The notes beneath the pieces were generated by a model. That model was not told where the DNA came from and made no database searches. It saw only the letters and a list, made by a program, of their open reading frames with translations. Position numbers and translations under genes: made by a program. This document shows, piece by piece, positions 40,324 to 49,794 of a DNA stretch of 64,000 nt. Positions within the stretch are counted from its first letter, which is position 1, and each line of letters opens with the position of its first letter. The stretch is from a virus. Its lineage: Duplodnaviria > Caudoviricetes. The DNA lies in the IMG/VR virus record IMGVR_UViG_3300033068_001067, positions 2,312 to 66,311 of that record; one strand, given 5' to 3'.

Positions 40324-41664
40324 ATGGCTAATATAGGTGTAATTAATAAATCGTACGTTTCTGCCCTAGACCCATTGTTAGATACAAGGGAGATTAATAA
40401 CTTGGTAACTGATATTCAGAATGAAGATGAGTTGACCGATATTATGAATATGGCAGACAGAAAGATGCCGACAAAGCAACCTTTCTACAATACTTATGTA
40501 AACGAAACAATTTTCAAATTGGTAGTAGTTTCAAGTGGTAGTGGTAGTGGCACAACCGAAGTTACTTTGGTATTAACAGCCGCTACATCAGGTTACACAA
40601 GAGAGAATGACACAATCTTGTTTGTAAACGGTAACACAGGTATTGTGACAAGTGTAAGCACTTCATCTGGCGTTGACACAATCGTAGTTGAATCTGTATC
40701 AGGTGCAAACTTGACTTTCTCTAATTCAGACCAGCTTTCTAACTACGCTATGGCAGTAGGTGAAAAATCTGATACTCCCGATAACTTGCGTTACGGTGTT
40801 ACAAGATACTTCAACAAAATTCAAATCTTCCGTGAGACTTCTAAAATTACTGATATTCAAGGTGCTTCTACCATTGAAATTACAGTAGGCGGTCAAAACA
40901 AGTGGACTTACAAAGACTACTACGACAAAAGAATTAAGTTGAAGGGTAATATCAATGCTGCTATTTGGGCAAGCGATATGTCTGCTACTTCTTTTAGTGA
41001 CAGCAACCCAATCTTAACAGACCCTAACATCATTGCAAATGGTGGTGGTGGCGGTGCTATCCAAACTACAAGAGGTATCAACAAGTATGTAGAACTTTAT
41101 GGTACAACTTTAGTAAACGGTTCTTTAGGTACTTACCAAAAAGCAAACTTAGATGATGCCCTAGATAACCTTACTGCTGTTCGTGCGCCAAAAGACTACT
41201 TAGTAGTTGGTAGCAACAAAGCAATCGGTACTACTGACACTTACTACAAGAACTTAGGTTCTGCGGGTGTAACATCTGTACGTTTGGTAGTTGATGGTAA
41301 AGAATTGGATATGAGTGTTGAAAAAGTTAGCTATCGTGGCTTTACTTTACATTACTCTGTAATGCCAATCTTAGACCACCCAACTTTGTTCGGTACAACT
41401 GACATTACTAAATCACTTTACTACTTACCTTACAACAACAAGGTAAAGGTGTACGGTGGTGGTACAGAAGCAGCAATGAGAATGCGTTACTATCCAAAGC
41501 AAACCATTTATGGTAATGATATGATTGGAGAAATCTACACAGGTGCTAATGCCCCTGTAAATCCTAACGGTTCTGGCATGTTTGCTGGTTGCGATTGGAT
41601 TACATATCAAGGCTTGGAAGTATTAGGTGCGCAGCACTTATTGAAGCAGAAAGTAATTTCTTAA
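40324..41664 (+). CDS. major capsid protein
   Basis: 446 aa after the scaffold; highly biased codon usage; YFNKIQIFRETSKIT pattern; followed by a terminator. Confidence 0.8.
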   Translation: MANIGVINKSYVSALDPLLDTREINNLVTDIQNEDELTDIMNMADRKMPTKQPFYNTYVNETIFKLVVVSSGSGSGTTEVTLVLTAATSGYTRENDTILFVNGNTGIVTSVSTSSGVDTIVVESVSGANLTFSNSDQLSNYAMAVGEKSDTPDNLRYGVTRYFNKIQIFRETSKITDIQGASTIEITVGGQNKWTYKDYYDKRIKLKGNINAAIWASDMSATSFSDSNPILTDPNIIANGGGGGAIQTTRGINKYVELYGTTLVNGSLGTYQKANLDDALDNLTAVRAPKDYLVVGSNKAIGTTDTYYKNLGSAGVTSVRLVVDGKELDMSVEKVSYRGFTLHYSVMPILDHPTLFGTTDITKSLYYLPYNNKVKVYGGGTEAAMRMRYYPKQTIYGNDMIGEIYTGANAPVNPNGSGMFAGCDWITYQGLEVLGAQHLLKQKVIS

Positions 41665-41680
41665 TTCAAAAAAACCATAG

Positions 41681-41710
41681 TGGGATAGGTGTAAAAGCCT
41701 ATCCCATTTA
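41681..41710 (+). terminator. terminator hairpin after MCP
   Basis: TGGGATAGG/CCTATCCCA stem. Confidence 0.6.
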
Positions 41711-41733
41711 TTCCATAATCAAAAACAAAAAGT

Positions 41734-42636
41734 ATGAAACAAGTAGGTAATTACAACAACGTATCCAAAGAGTTGATGAAAAAGATTCCCGTATTGAAAC
41801 CGGGAGAAGAAGCAGTTTTTGAAATGCTGCATGGTGTTAAAAATCCTGACCCCGACCCCGAAGAAAAACGCAAGAACCCTGTACTTTTTGGTAAACGTCA
41901 AATACCTACTATTGATAGAATTTTTGACCCTTATGCCAATGAAGGCAAAGGTGACTATGTAGATATTATTGTAGCTGAAAGTTGGATTAAAGGCGAACCA
42001 ACCCGTTCAAGAATGTTTGTTCCGGGATTTGGGTTGCAACAATTTCAAGGTAAATTTTCATTGTTTGGAGGTAAAGTTGAAGATGCAGAATTGTATGAAT
42101 TTTTAATGCTTACCAATACTAACCAAGATAACGAACATAGAGACAAATCAATTGAGCCTTTATTTAAAGTGGTGAACACAAGCAAGCAAGTTGCAGCTAT
42201 TAGTAATGAGTTGGGTATTTTGAGAAAAGCACTAAACTTAGCTGCTGAAATTACAACAGAAAAATGTGAACTTATTTTAAGGTCATTGAATAAACCTATT
42301 TCAGACGACCCGAATAAAAATACACTAGCGATACAAGAGATTGCTAGAAAACAACCTGACGTATTTTTGGATATTTACAACAACCCTAGAACCGAAAAGA
42401 AAGCACTATTAAAAGAAGCTATTGAGTTGGGTGTTATTGTACACCAAGCGGCAACAGGTAAGGTAATGTTTAACAACAACCTAATTACAATGGTTAATAC
42501 AGGCACAGGTGCAGACGTACTTAATGCCTTAGTTGATTGGTTTGATACTGCCGCAAATGGGCAAGATGTTTTGGATAGTATAATTAAAAAACTAGATAAA
42601 ACAAAGAAGAAAAAAGCTGAACCCGTTGAAGCCTAA
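41734..42636 (+). CDS. hypothetical virion-associated protein (300 aa)
   Basis: Follows MCP; strong ORF. Confidence 0.55.
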   Translation: MKQVGNYNNVSKELMKKIPVLKPGEEAVFEMLHGVKNPDPDPEEKRKNPVLFGKRQIPTIDRIFDPYANEGKGDYVDIIVAESWIKGEPTRSRMFVPGFGLQQFQGKFSLFGGKVEDAELYEFLMLTNTNQDNEHRDKSIEPLFKVVNTSKQVAAISNELGILRKALNLAAEITTEKCELILRSLNKPISDDPNKNTLAIQEIARKQPDVFLDIYNNPRTEKKALLKEAIELGVIVHQAATGKVMFNNNLITMVNTGTGADVLNALVDWFDTAANGQDVLDSIIKKLDKTKKKKAEPVEA

Positions 42637-42650
42637 TAATAAAAGAAAAT

Positions 42651-42677
42651 TACCCGATTTATTCGGGTATTTTTTTT
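42651..42677 (+). terminator. rho-independent terminator
   Basis: TACCCGA/TCGGGTA stem + T8. Confidence 0.75.
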
Positions 42678-42687
42678 GATTTACCAA

Positions 42688-42707
42688 TTAAAAAACCCTT
42701 AATTTTG
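42688..42707 (+). promoter_or_regulatory. late-promoter motif, copy 3 (overlaps TAATTTTG)
   Basis: 17/18 match to copies 1 and 2. Confidence 0.55.
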
Positions 42708-42721
42708 GTAAACTTATTAAA

Positions 42722-43246
42722 ATGGCATTAACTCCTAATTTTTCAGCAACCCAAACTTTAGGTAGCCCATCTATTATAACCCTTACAGACACAAGTACAG
42801 GTACAGATGTTTTAGTTACACAAAGGAGAGTTTATTTAGCAAAAGCAGATGGTACATACATAGTACCCGAAGGTACAACTACCGATTATGTAGTTTGGGA
42901 TGATTTCCCCGCTACCACTTCCATAGATATTGATTGTTTAGATAAAGATTATGCGTTGAATGTTACAGTTCAATGGCTAAATGTAGGTAATGGTGTTTTA
43001 TACACAAAAACTACATTGGTATTAGTTACTTTATATAATGAAACATTTGCATTTAGTTTAGTTCAAGGGCAGCGTTCTAATCCGTTGTTAATGTCAAATG
43101 TAAATTATCGCTTTAACCAAAGTACATTAAGAGTAGAAATAGACAACGCTACAACAGCCGTAAACACATGGGGCGATATAGATGCTGCTCAATCTTGTTT
43201 AGATAGAGCAAGAGAAATTAGTGATAACATACAAAACTTTTTCTAA
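42722..43246 (+). CDS. virion structural protein (PKD/Ig-like start)
   Basis: TPNFSATQ...ITLTDTSTG pattern. Confidence 0.5.
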   Translation: MALTPNFSATQTLGSPSIITLTDTSTGTDVLVTQRRVYLAKADGTYIVPEGTTTDYVVWDDFPATTSIDIDCLDKDYALNVTVQWLNVGNGVLYTKTTLVLVTLYNETFAFSLVQGQRSNPLLMSNVNYRFNQSTLRVEIDNATTAVNTWGDIDAAQSCLDRAREISDNIQNFF

Positions 43247-43776
43247 TGTCATTAAGTGTTGCAGATAAAATATCAGTAGCTAAAGTTAGTCAAGTTTTGG
43301 CTGCGCAAGATATTGCCACAAGCTATCTTAGATTAGGCTTTATAGATACTGATTTACCAAGAAAACTTTATGATGTAAGAAAATCAGTAGAGTGGTTGTA
43401 TGACTTAGCCCCTTCTAATGCAGATTTAACAGGGAGTTCTAATTTCATGTATTCCCTTTGTGGTAGGTATCAAGCAAAAGCACAAGCAATTATAAATGCG
43501 GGTGGTGGGGGAATACCCGTAACCCCTGTTGTTTTAGTGACAGAACCTATACAATTTGTAGTAGGTAGTGGCGCACAATATGTGCCTAATAACGGGGATA
43601 GCGAATACAACAACCCCGAACTAGCAGGTAATAATAACTATTTAATAGCAAGTAATAGTGATGGCGGTTATTTAGTTGAAGGTACAAACTTTGATTACTT
43701 AACATCAGGTGGGTTTGAGTTATTGAATGGCAGAACCTTTTTTACAGGGGAGATTTTTACGTTATTCTTTTACTAA
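43246..43776 (+). CDS. structural protein; C-terminal domain paralogous to 43792..44034
   Basis: PIQFVVG...YLVEGTNF...GGFELL...FTL. Confidence 0.5.
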   Translation: MSLSVADKISVAKVSQVLAAQDIATSYLRLGFIDTDLPRKLYDVRKSVEWLYDLAPSNADLTGSSNFMYSLCGRYQAKAQAIINAGGGGIPVTPVVLVTEPIQFVVGSGAQYVPNNGDSEYNNPELAGNNNYLIASNSDGGYLVEGTNFDYLTSGGFELLNGRTFFTGEIFTLFFY

Positions 43777-43791
43777 AAAACATTTTTTACA

Positions 43792-44034
43792 ATGTGTAAA
43801 TGTAGAAAGCCAATTCAGTTTACAGTAGGTGCTTTAAATGCACCTGTTAATGGTCAAAGTGGGTATAGTAATAGTAGTTTGGAGTGGTTTAGAGACTACT
43901 TAGTATTTGATGCAAGTAAGGGAAGATACCTAATAGAAGGTCAAGATTTTATATATGAAGTAACGGGTGGGTTCTCATTTTTAGGTGGGAGAGTTTTTGC
44001 AACAGCCGAAGAATTTACATTGATACCTTTTTAA
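43792..44034 (+). CDS. small structural protein, paralog of the preceding C-terminal domain
   Basis: PIQFTVG...YLIEGQDF...GGFSFL...FTL. Confidence 0.55.
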   Translation: MCKCRKPIQFTVGALNAPVNGQSGYSNSSLEWFRDYLVFDASKGRYLIEGQDFIYEVTGGFSFLGGRVFATAEEFTLIPF

Positions 44035-44047
44035 TAATATATACTCT

Positions 44048-46288
44048 ATGAAACGTATTTTATTTTTAGCTTTCTTACTCATTAGTGTGGTAGGGTTGTC
44101 GCAACCTTATGTAAATTTTGGTAGCCCTTATGGTAATAATATGGCTGCTGTAAATGCTTATAGGGCTTTCCAAGTACCTAGAGGAACAGACACTACAACC
44201 AATGTAAGACCCGATACAGTAGGTATGCTTTTCTTTAAAACTACTGATGAAACATTTTGGTTAAGGGTAAAAGCCAATAATGCAGGGGTTAATAAGTGGA
44301 CACAAATTACCACAACAGGTACTCCCTTTGTACAAACATGGCAAGCAACATTAAACGTAACCAATGGTAATGTACTTACTCAAAATAATACGGTTCAAGG
44401 GGGTAATTACGCATGGGTTTTTGATAGTGCTTTAAGTTATAGAGTTAATCAATATAGAACAGTTAGTGGGGATTTATACTCTAGTTATTTAAGTTTGAAT
44501 ACGGGGTCGGTTACACTAAACTCCGCAAGGTCGGGGAGTGTAAATACTTCTTCTAATATTATAATGTCAGGTGGTAGTATTGTCAATACTGCTACGTCTG
44601 CTTATGCTGTAAACTCCCCTATATTTAGATGGCAAAGTGCAACAGCAGGGGCTATTACAGATAGCTTTTTGATGATTAATGGGGCAACAGGTAATTTTGG
44701 GTATCTTAATACAAGCAACTTTGTCCCTTCTACTCGAACAGTAAATGGGTTAGCCCTTTCATCAAACATTAATTTAGGGCTAAAACGTACCACAGATGTA
44801 GATGCCTATACAGACTTAGTAGGTACTGATATGCTTTATGTAACCCCAACATACGGTACAGAAGCCTACATAAGATACAATAATAACGTAGCAATGCCAA
44901 CAGGTAATGCTAGTTCTATTCAAATGGGTAACTTTAGAAGTGGGAAAGACTTATTTACTCAATACGGGGGAAAAACAATATTCTTAAACGGGGATAGTTT
45001 AGGGGTAAACAATAGTAGGTTTTATTTCCCTGCAACGGGTGGAGTTTTAGCAACAAGTGCAGACTTAGCTAACGAAACCCTTGCTACTGTTACGGGGAGG
45101 GGGAATAGTACGGATAGTATTATAAAAGTTGGTGGGGTGAAGTTGTTTGATATAGCAAATAATACTTATACAACAATACAAGCTAATGATGACCAAATAC
45201 AAATTATTGGCATTGGCGGGTCAAATAGTACTAAATCATTGGTCTTTAATAATACTGCTACATCTTTGCAGTATGATTTCCCTATTATATCAGGCATAAT
45301 CCCATTATCCGTCAACTCCCAAACAGCAAATTCATCAGGTGCAATTACGCTAACAGCCGCAAACGTAGGGGCATTGGGTACAGCCGACTCCCTCACATCC
45401 ATCCGCAGCAACTTCACAAGCATAGGTAGGGCGTATAAGATTGCGGATAGCCTTGCAACAGGCTTTCTAAGGCTTACAGGCGGCACACTAACAGGTGCTT
45501 TAACAGGCACAACAGCATCCTTTACAGGTGCAATCAATAGCAACACATTAACAGCATCAAGAATCCCATACATAGGCACAAACGGGGCTTTGCGTACTAA
45601 CTCACTATTGGCTTACGATAGCGCAACAGGTCGTATTTTAGTAGGCACTACATCAAGTAGAAACGTTGGCGGTGCGGCTCGTTTGTTCCAAATTGAAGGA
45701 ACGGCAAGCAACCCACCGGGTATTAGCATTGTGCGAAATTCAGCCGATGCAGGTGGCCCCGTTGCATACTTAGGCAAAAGCCGTAACGCTGCAATAGGTG
45801 GTAATACCATCGTTCAGAACGGTGATGTGTTAGGCATCTTTGGCTTTGTAGGTAGTGACGGTAGCAACCTTGACAACTTTGGGGCTTCGATTGTTGCAGT
45901 CGTAAACGGTACACCTGCAAGTGGTTTTATTCCGGCTCAATTGGATTTCCGTACAACTTCAAGCGGTTCAACGCCTACAACGAGAATGACTATTACATCA
46001 CAAGGCAGTATCGATATTTGGGGTACTACAACAACAGCAGGTACAACAGGCGCGGTTACAATCAATAAGCCAACGGGTACAGTAAACTTTGCGGCAGGTG
46101 CAACAGCAATAACAGTTACCAATAGTTTAGTTACAACAGGCTCATACGTTTTTGCAACAATTAGAACAAATGATGCAACGGCTCTAATTAAAAATGTTGT
46201 CCCTGCTTCGGGTAGCTTTACTATTAATCTAAATGCAGCCGCAACAGCAGAAACATCAGTTGCATTTTATGTAATCAATCCGTTGTAA
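44048..46288 (+). CDS. tail fibre/spike-like beta protein with apparent Sec signal peptide
   Basis: MKRILFLAFLLISVVGLS-Q start; T/S/G/N-rich; VPSTRTVNG, LRLTGGTLTGAL and TRMTITSQG fibre-type motifs. Confidence 0.65.
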   Translation: MKRILFLAFLLISVVGLSQPYVNFGSPYGNNMAAVNAYRAFQVPRGTDTTTNVRPDTVGMLFFKTTDETFWLRVKANNAGVNKWTQITTTGTPFVQTWQATLNVTNGNVLTQNNTVQGGNYAWVFDSALSYRVNQYRTVSGDLYSSYLSLNTGSVTLNSARSGSVNTSSNIIMSGGSIVNTATSAYAVNSPIFRWQSATAGAITDSFLMINGATGNFGYLNTSNFVPSTRTVNGLALSSNINLGLKRTTDVDAYTDLVGTDMLYVTPTYGTEAYIRYNNNVAMPTGNASSIQMGNFRSGKDLFTQYGGKTIFLNGDSLGVNNSRFYFPATGGVLATSADLANETLATVTGRGNSTDSIIKVGGVKLFDIANNTYTTIQANDDQIQIIGIGGSNSTKSLVFNNTATSLQYDFPIISGIIPLSVNSQTANSSGAITLTAANVGALGTADSLTSIRSNFTSIGRAYKIADSLATGFLRLTGGTLTGALTGTTASFTGAINSNTLTASRIPYIGTNGALRTNSLLAYDSATGRILVGTTSSRNVGGAARLFQIEGTASNPPGISIVRNSADAGGPVAYLGKSRNAAIGGNTIVQNGDVLGIFGFVGSDGSNLDNFGASIVAVVNGTPASGFIPAQLDFRTTSSGSTPTTRMTITSQGSIDIWGTTTTAGTTGAVTINKPTGTVNFAAGATAITVTNSLVTTGSYVFATIRTNDATALIKNVVPASGSFTINLNAAATAETSVAFYVINPL

Positions 46289-46327
46289 TAGGTAAATAAT
46301 TTTTGTAATGAATAAACTAAATTTAAT

Positions 46328-46426
46328 ATGAAAAAAGTATTTAGCTTTATTAAAAAGCATCCCGAAACATTGTTAATAGTAGTATTGGCATTAGCAGCAT
46401 TATTGTTAATTAATAGCTTTGCGTAA
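46328..46426 (+). CDS. 32-aa membrane peptide (not in the ORF track)
   Basis: MKKVFSFIKKHPETLLIVVLALAALLLINSFA; abuts the next start. Confidence 0.5.
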   Translation: MKKVFSFIKKHPETLLIVVLALAALLLINSFA

Positions 46427-46428
46427 CC

Positions 46429-46620
46429 ATGAAAGACCGAATAATAGATTTTCTTTTAGCTAGTAGCGGTTGTTTCGCAGGTATTCAAGTTATACCCGAC
46501 GAACCTATTTTTAAAGGAGTAAAATATATCATTGGTTTTATCGTAGCGGTTGCAGTCTCTATTTTGCTAATTAAAATAAAAGAGAAAAAAGGTGCAACAA
46601 GAAAATCCGATACTTTATGA
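46429..46620 (+). CDS. small membrane protein (lysis cassette)
   Basis: Two hydrophobic segments, basic C-terminus. Confidence 0.55.
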   Translation: MKDRIIDFLLASSGCFAGIQVIPDEPIFKGVKYIIGFIVAVAVSILLIKIKEKKGATRKSDTL

Positions 46621-46722
46621 TGTTTTTTCATTTATTTATTACATAGAAGTTACTGTTGGTTTTTGGCTATTAAAAGAAATTGTTATTCGTGATTATAAAA
46701 ACTATAAAAAACAGAAAGGTAA

Positions 46723-47313
46723 ATGAATGCAGAAGAACTAATCACCGCTTTAGTAGCAGGATTAGTAGTAGCTTTCAGAAAGGATGCAACAGCATGGTGG
46801 CAGAAACGGAAAAGAAAAATACTATTAACAACACTTTCAGACACGGGAATGATATATGCTAAAGTGTTCAACTATATTTTGGATGATGAAAGAACAGGAA
46901 TTGAACGGTTCATATTGTTTGAAGCAAAGGATAGTGGCAGAAAGATTACACCGCTTACACCTGTTTATGTTACGGCTATACTAGAAGATTATAGAAAGCC
47001 GTTTAAAAGTTCTTTAGACGATATACAGAATTGGCGAACTGATAGACCCTACACCGAAATGTTAGTGGAATTGATAGCTAATGAGTACATCAATGTAGAT
47101 GTGGCATCAATGCCCGAAAGCAAGTTAAAGAACTTGTATATTTCGGCAGGGGTAAAAAGTTGTAAAATTGTTTACCTTCATGGAACGGATACACATTTGT
47201 GGTACTGCTCACTAGCATCTAGTAAGGAAATAGATTTTACGAATAACTATACAGCTACTAAGGTGGAAACAGCAACCAACAGATTAAAAGATATAATACT
47301 TAAATATTTATAA
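46723..47313 (+). CDS. single-pass membrane protein with soluble domain; possible T4-T-like holin
   Basis: N-terminal TM + basic patch + ~160-aa domain, in the lysis cassette. Confidence 0.4.
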   Translation: MNAEELITALVAGLVVAFRKDATAWWQKRKRKILLTTLSDTGMIYAKVFNYILDDERTGIERFILFEAKDSGRKITPLTPVYVTAILEDYRKPFKSSLDDIQNWRTDRPYTEMLVELIANEYINVDVASMPESKLKNLYISAGVKSCKIVYLHGTDTHLWYCSLASSKEIDFTNNYTATKVETATNRLKDIILKYL

Positions 47314-47314
47314 T

Positions 47315-47557
47315 ATGGCAAAAAGTAAATTAGGCAGGTTCAATTGGCGTGACTTGCTGCATACGTTTATTATCACATTCCTTTCATCTAGTTTGACAGG
47401 CTTAACGCAGTTGTTAGATAGTGGCAATTTACCTACCTTAGCTGATATGAAAGTACATGCAGTTATAGGGCTAACAGCCGGGTTAAGCTATATGCTGAAA
47501 GTGTTGCTTGAGAATAGCAACGGGCAATTTATGAAGGGTGAAAAGCCGACAACATGA
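47315..47557 (+). CDS. holin
   Basis: 80 aa, two TM helices, charged termini, upstream of the lysin. Confidence 0.65.
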   Translation: MAKSKLGRFNWRDLLHTFIITFLSSSLTGLTQLLDSGNLPTLADMKVHAVIGLTAGLSYMLKVLLENSNGQFMKGEKPTT

Positions 47558-48135
47558 TAGCCCTAACCCTATTAGCAATCGGTGTGATAGCGTTGGTATT
47601 CCAAATACTACCCTTCGACCATAAGTACATCGCGAAACAAGGCAAACATAGTTTTGCCCCTCGAAGGATAGGCTTAGACTTCCGCAAGGCATGGCAGGTG
47701 CATGTTAGCTTTGACCCAAGTTGTAAGTACGATATAGGGGATGACCAGACGGATATAAACAAACTTTTCGGAGTAACATACATTACATGGCAATCGCTAG
47801 TGTGGTGCATTCGTAACAGAAAGCCGTTGCATCACTATAACAGTTGGCGTTTAGGGTGGCATTACAGCCCCGAAATTGATAAGGTAGTGTTGCACTACTA
47901 TTGCTATGTTAAAGGGCAAAGATACCCCGCAAGATTAGCTAGTGTAAGGCGTATGCAGACCATTAAGGTAGTCATTGAGAAATACAAACTTGGGGTGTTT
48001 TTTACTTGTGGTGAGCTGGGTACTCCATTGACTATTGAAGCTACTTTTAAAGGGTTGCCATTGAAGTTAGGTGGGTATTTCGGGGGTAACAGAACTGCAC
48101 CACAACACATTGAGTATTATCTAAAAATAAAATAA
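47554..48135 (+). CDS. hypothetical membrane-anchored beta-sandwich protein
   Basis: N-terminal hydrophobic anchor; DINKLFG...NSWRLGW motif. Confidence 0.5.
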   Translation: MIALTLLAIGVIALVFQILPFDHKYIAKQGKHSFAPRRIGLDFRKAWQVHVSFDPSCKYDIGDDQTDINKLFGVTYITWQSLVWCIRNRKPLHHYNSWRLGWHYSPEIDKVVLHYYCYVKGQRYPARLASVRRMQTIKVVIEKYKLGVFFTCGELGTPLTIEATFKGLPLKLGGYFGGNRTAPQHIEYYLKIK

Positions 48136-48824
48136 TGAAATCCAATTTAAAAGACATAGCCATAGTAGCATTATTAGTAGTGGTTGCATTACTGTTACTT
48201 ACTAAGGGTTGTGGTAAAAAGCAAGTAGTAAAAGACACTTTATTACAGCATAAAGTAGATAGTTTTAAATCAGAATCTCAAAAAAAGAAAGACACTATCC
48301 TTGCTTTAAAAATAGACAAGGGGCAATATGAACACAAGATAGACAGCTTAAAATCTAAGTTAGAACAAGTAATAGCCAAAAGAAAGATAGTGTACATAAC
48401 CCTACCTTCAAAGCAAGATGCAGTAGCTAAATTGAATATCCCACAATTAGAAGTAGCATTAGCCAAAACATTCAATACTGATACGGTTAAAGCCCAAGAC
48501 ACAGCAGTAAGAATACTACCCACCACAGCCCGATTAACCCTAAATATGGTAGATAGTTTCCATGCAGTAAAGAACGAAAACAAACTATATAAAGATGGTG
48601 AAAGCTACTACCTACAAGTTCAAATGTGGCAAGACAGTACCATACAAGGGCAATATGCAGAATTAGAAACTTATGACCGATTAGTAACTACCCAAGAAGC
48701 AACCATAAAAGCATTAGAAAAACAACGTGAAGCAGAGAAGAAATTACTCCGAAAACAAAAACGTAAAACATTTTTCACCCAACTATTAGTTTTAGGACTA
48801 ATAGGATTTGCTGTAACCAAATAA
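48135..48824 (+). CDS. spanin-like coiled-coil lipoprotein/membrane protein
   Basis: Hydrophobic N-terminus ending KG-C, coiled coil, C-terminal TM; next to the endolysin. Confidence 0.55.
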   Translation: MKSNLKDIAIVALLVVVALLLLTKGCGKKQVVKDTLLQHKVDSFKSESQKKKDTILALKIDKGQYEHKIDSLKSKLEQVIAKRKIVYITLPSKQDAVAKLNIPQLEVALAKTFNTDTVKAQDTAVRILPTTARLTLNMVDSFHAVKNENKLYKDGESYYLQVQMWQDSTIQGQYAELETYDRLVTTQEATIKALEKQREAEKKLLRKQKRKTFFTQLLVLGLIGFAVTK

Positions 48825-48833
48825 TAATCTACT

Positions 48834-49262
48834 ATGGATTTACTATTAAAAAGAACGACTAAGACAGATAAAAGTACTATTGGTGAATTGTACATCAACG
48901 GTACATTTGAGTGCTATATTTTAGAAGATGTTGATAGGGGTTTATCTTCATCAATGCCTTTGGCTGAACTTCAAAAAAAGAAAGTGTATGCCAAAACAGC
49001 AATCCCAACAGGTAAGTATGAAATAGTAATTAGTTTCTCAAATCGCTTCAAAAAACTATTACCATTAGTTGCTAACGTACCCGCTTACGAAGGCATAAGA
49101 ATACATGCAGGTAACACAGCAGAACATACAGAAGGCTGTTTATTGCCCGGCACAAGTAAAGCCGCAAACTTTGTTGGGAATAGCAGAACTGCCTTCAATA
49201 ACTTATTCAAGAAAATACAGACAGCAGTTAAAAAAGAAAAGGTGTTTATTGAGATAGTTTAA
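48834..49262 (+). CDS. putative endolysin, DUF5675 family
   Basis: STIGELYING...TAIPTGKY...GIRIHAGNT...TEGCLLPG. Confidence 0.8.
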   Translation: MDLLLKRTTKTDKSTIGELYINGTFECYILEDVDRGLSSSMPLAELQKKKVYAKTAIPTGKYEIVISFSNRFKKLLPLVANVPAYEGIRIHAGNTAEHTEGCLLPGTSKAANFVGNSRTAFNNLFKKIQTAVKKEKVFIEIV

Positions 49263-49794
49263 GCGATACCAATTCCAACTTGCTTCTATACTCAATCAAT
49301 AATTCTCGCAAATCCGATACAGATAGCTTATTTATGGAGTGTGCCATTTCATCAACATACTCTAATGCTTCGGGGTGTTCTTTTTTTAGTCTATCCCTAA
49401 ATATTTCGGGGTGGGTCTCATGTTTTGAATTACATTTTGGGCATTGCACCCTCACTCCACCTTCATAATATCTGCTACCCATATCAGCCCTACTCCCTAC
49501 ATGCCCACATTGAGATTGCTTCCAATTCATAACTTCATCACAGGTATAACAACTAACTTCCCCCCTATTATTAGCATACTTAATTCTGATGTATTTTGAA
49601 AAAACTGCATCCAATTCATCCCTTAAATTAGCCCAACTTTCATCTGAAAAATCTCGTTCCATTCTCTTATCCGAAACCCTTTTAATAGGCTTATACCCTT
49701 TACTTGCACACATCTTGCATCTTCCCTTAGAGAAAGCGAAATCGTAATGCCCACAAGCTAACTGACGCTTCTTAGGTTTTATTGTTGAGTTCAT
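49246..49794 (-). CDS. ninG: NinG/Rap-like recombination endonuclease
   Basis: LDAVFSKYIR...CYTC...QCGH...QCPKCN. Confidence 0.8.
   Translation of the reverse strand: MNSTIKPKKRQLACGHYDFAFSKGRCKMCASKGYKPIKRVSDKRMERDFSDESWANLRDELDAVFSKYIRIKYANNRGEVSCYTCDEVMNWKQSQCGHVGSRADMGSRYYEGGVRVQCPKCNSKHETHPEIFRDRLKKEHPEALEYVDEMAHSINKLSVSDLRELLIEYRSKLELVSLKLSQ

Noticed and set aside
44048-46288. Diversity-generating retroelement acting on the fibre
   Set aside because: No reverse transcriptase and no template/variable repeat pair were seen.
40-49262. Numerous minus-strand ORFs overlapping the + strand genes (and + strand ORFs in 52.8-63.7 kb)
   Set aside because: These are shadow frames of longer genes, with hydrophobic S/L/F-biased composition and no leaders.
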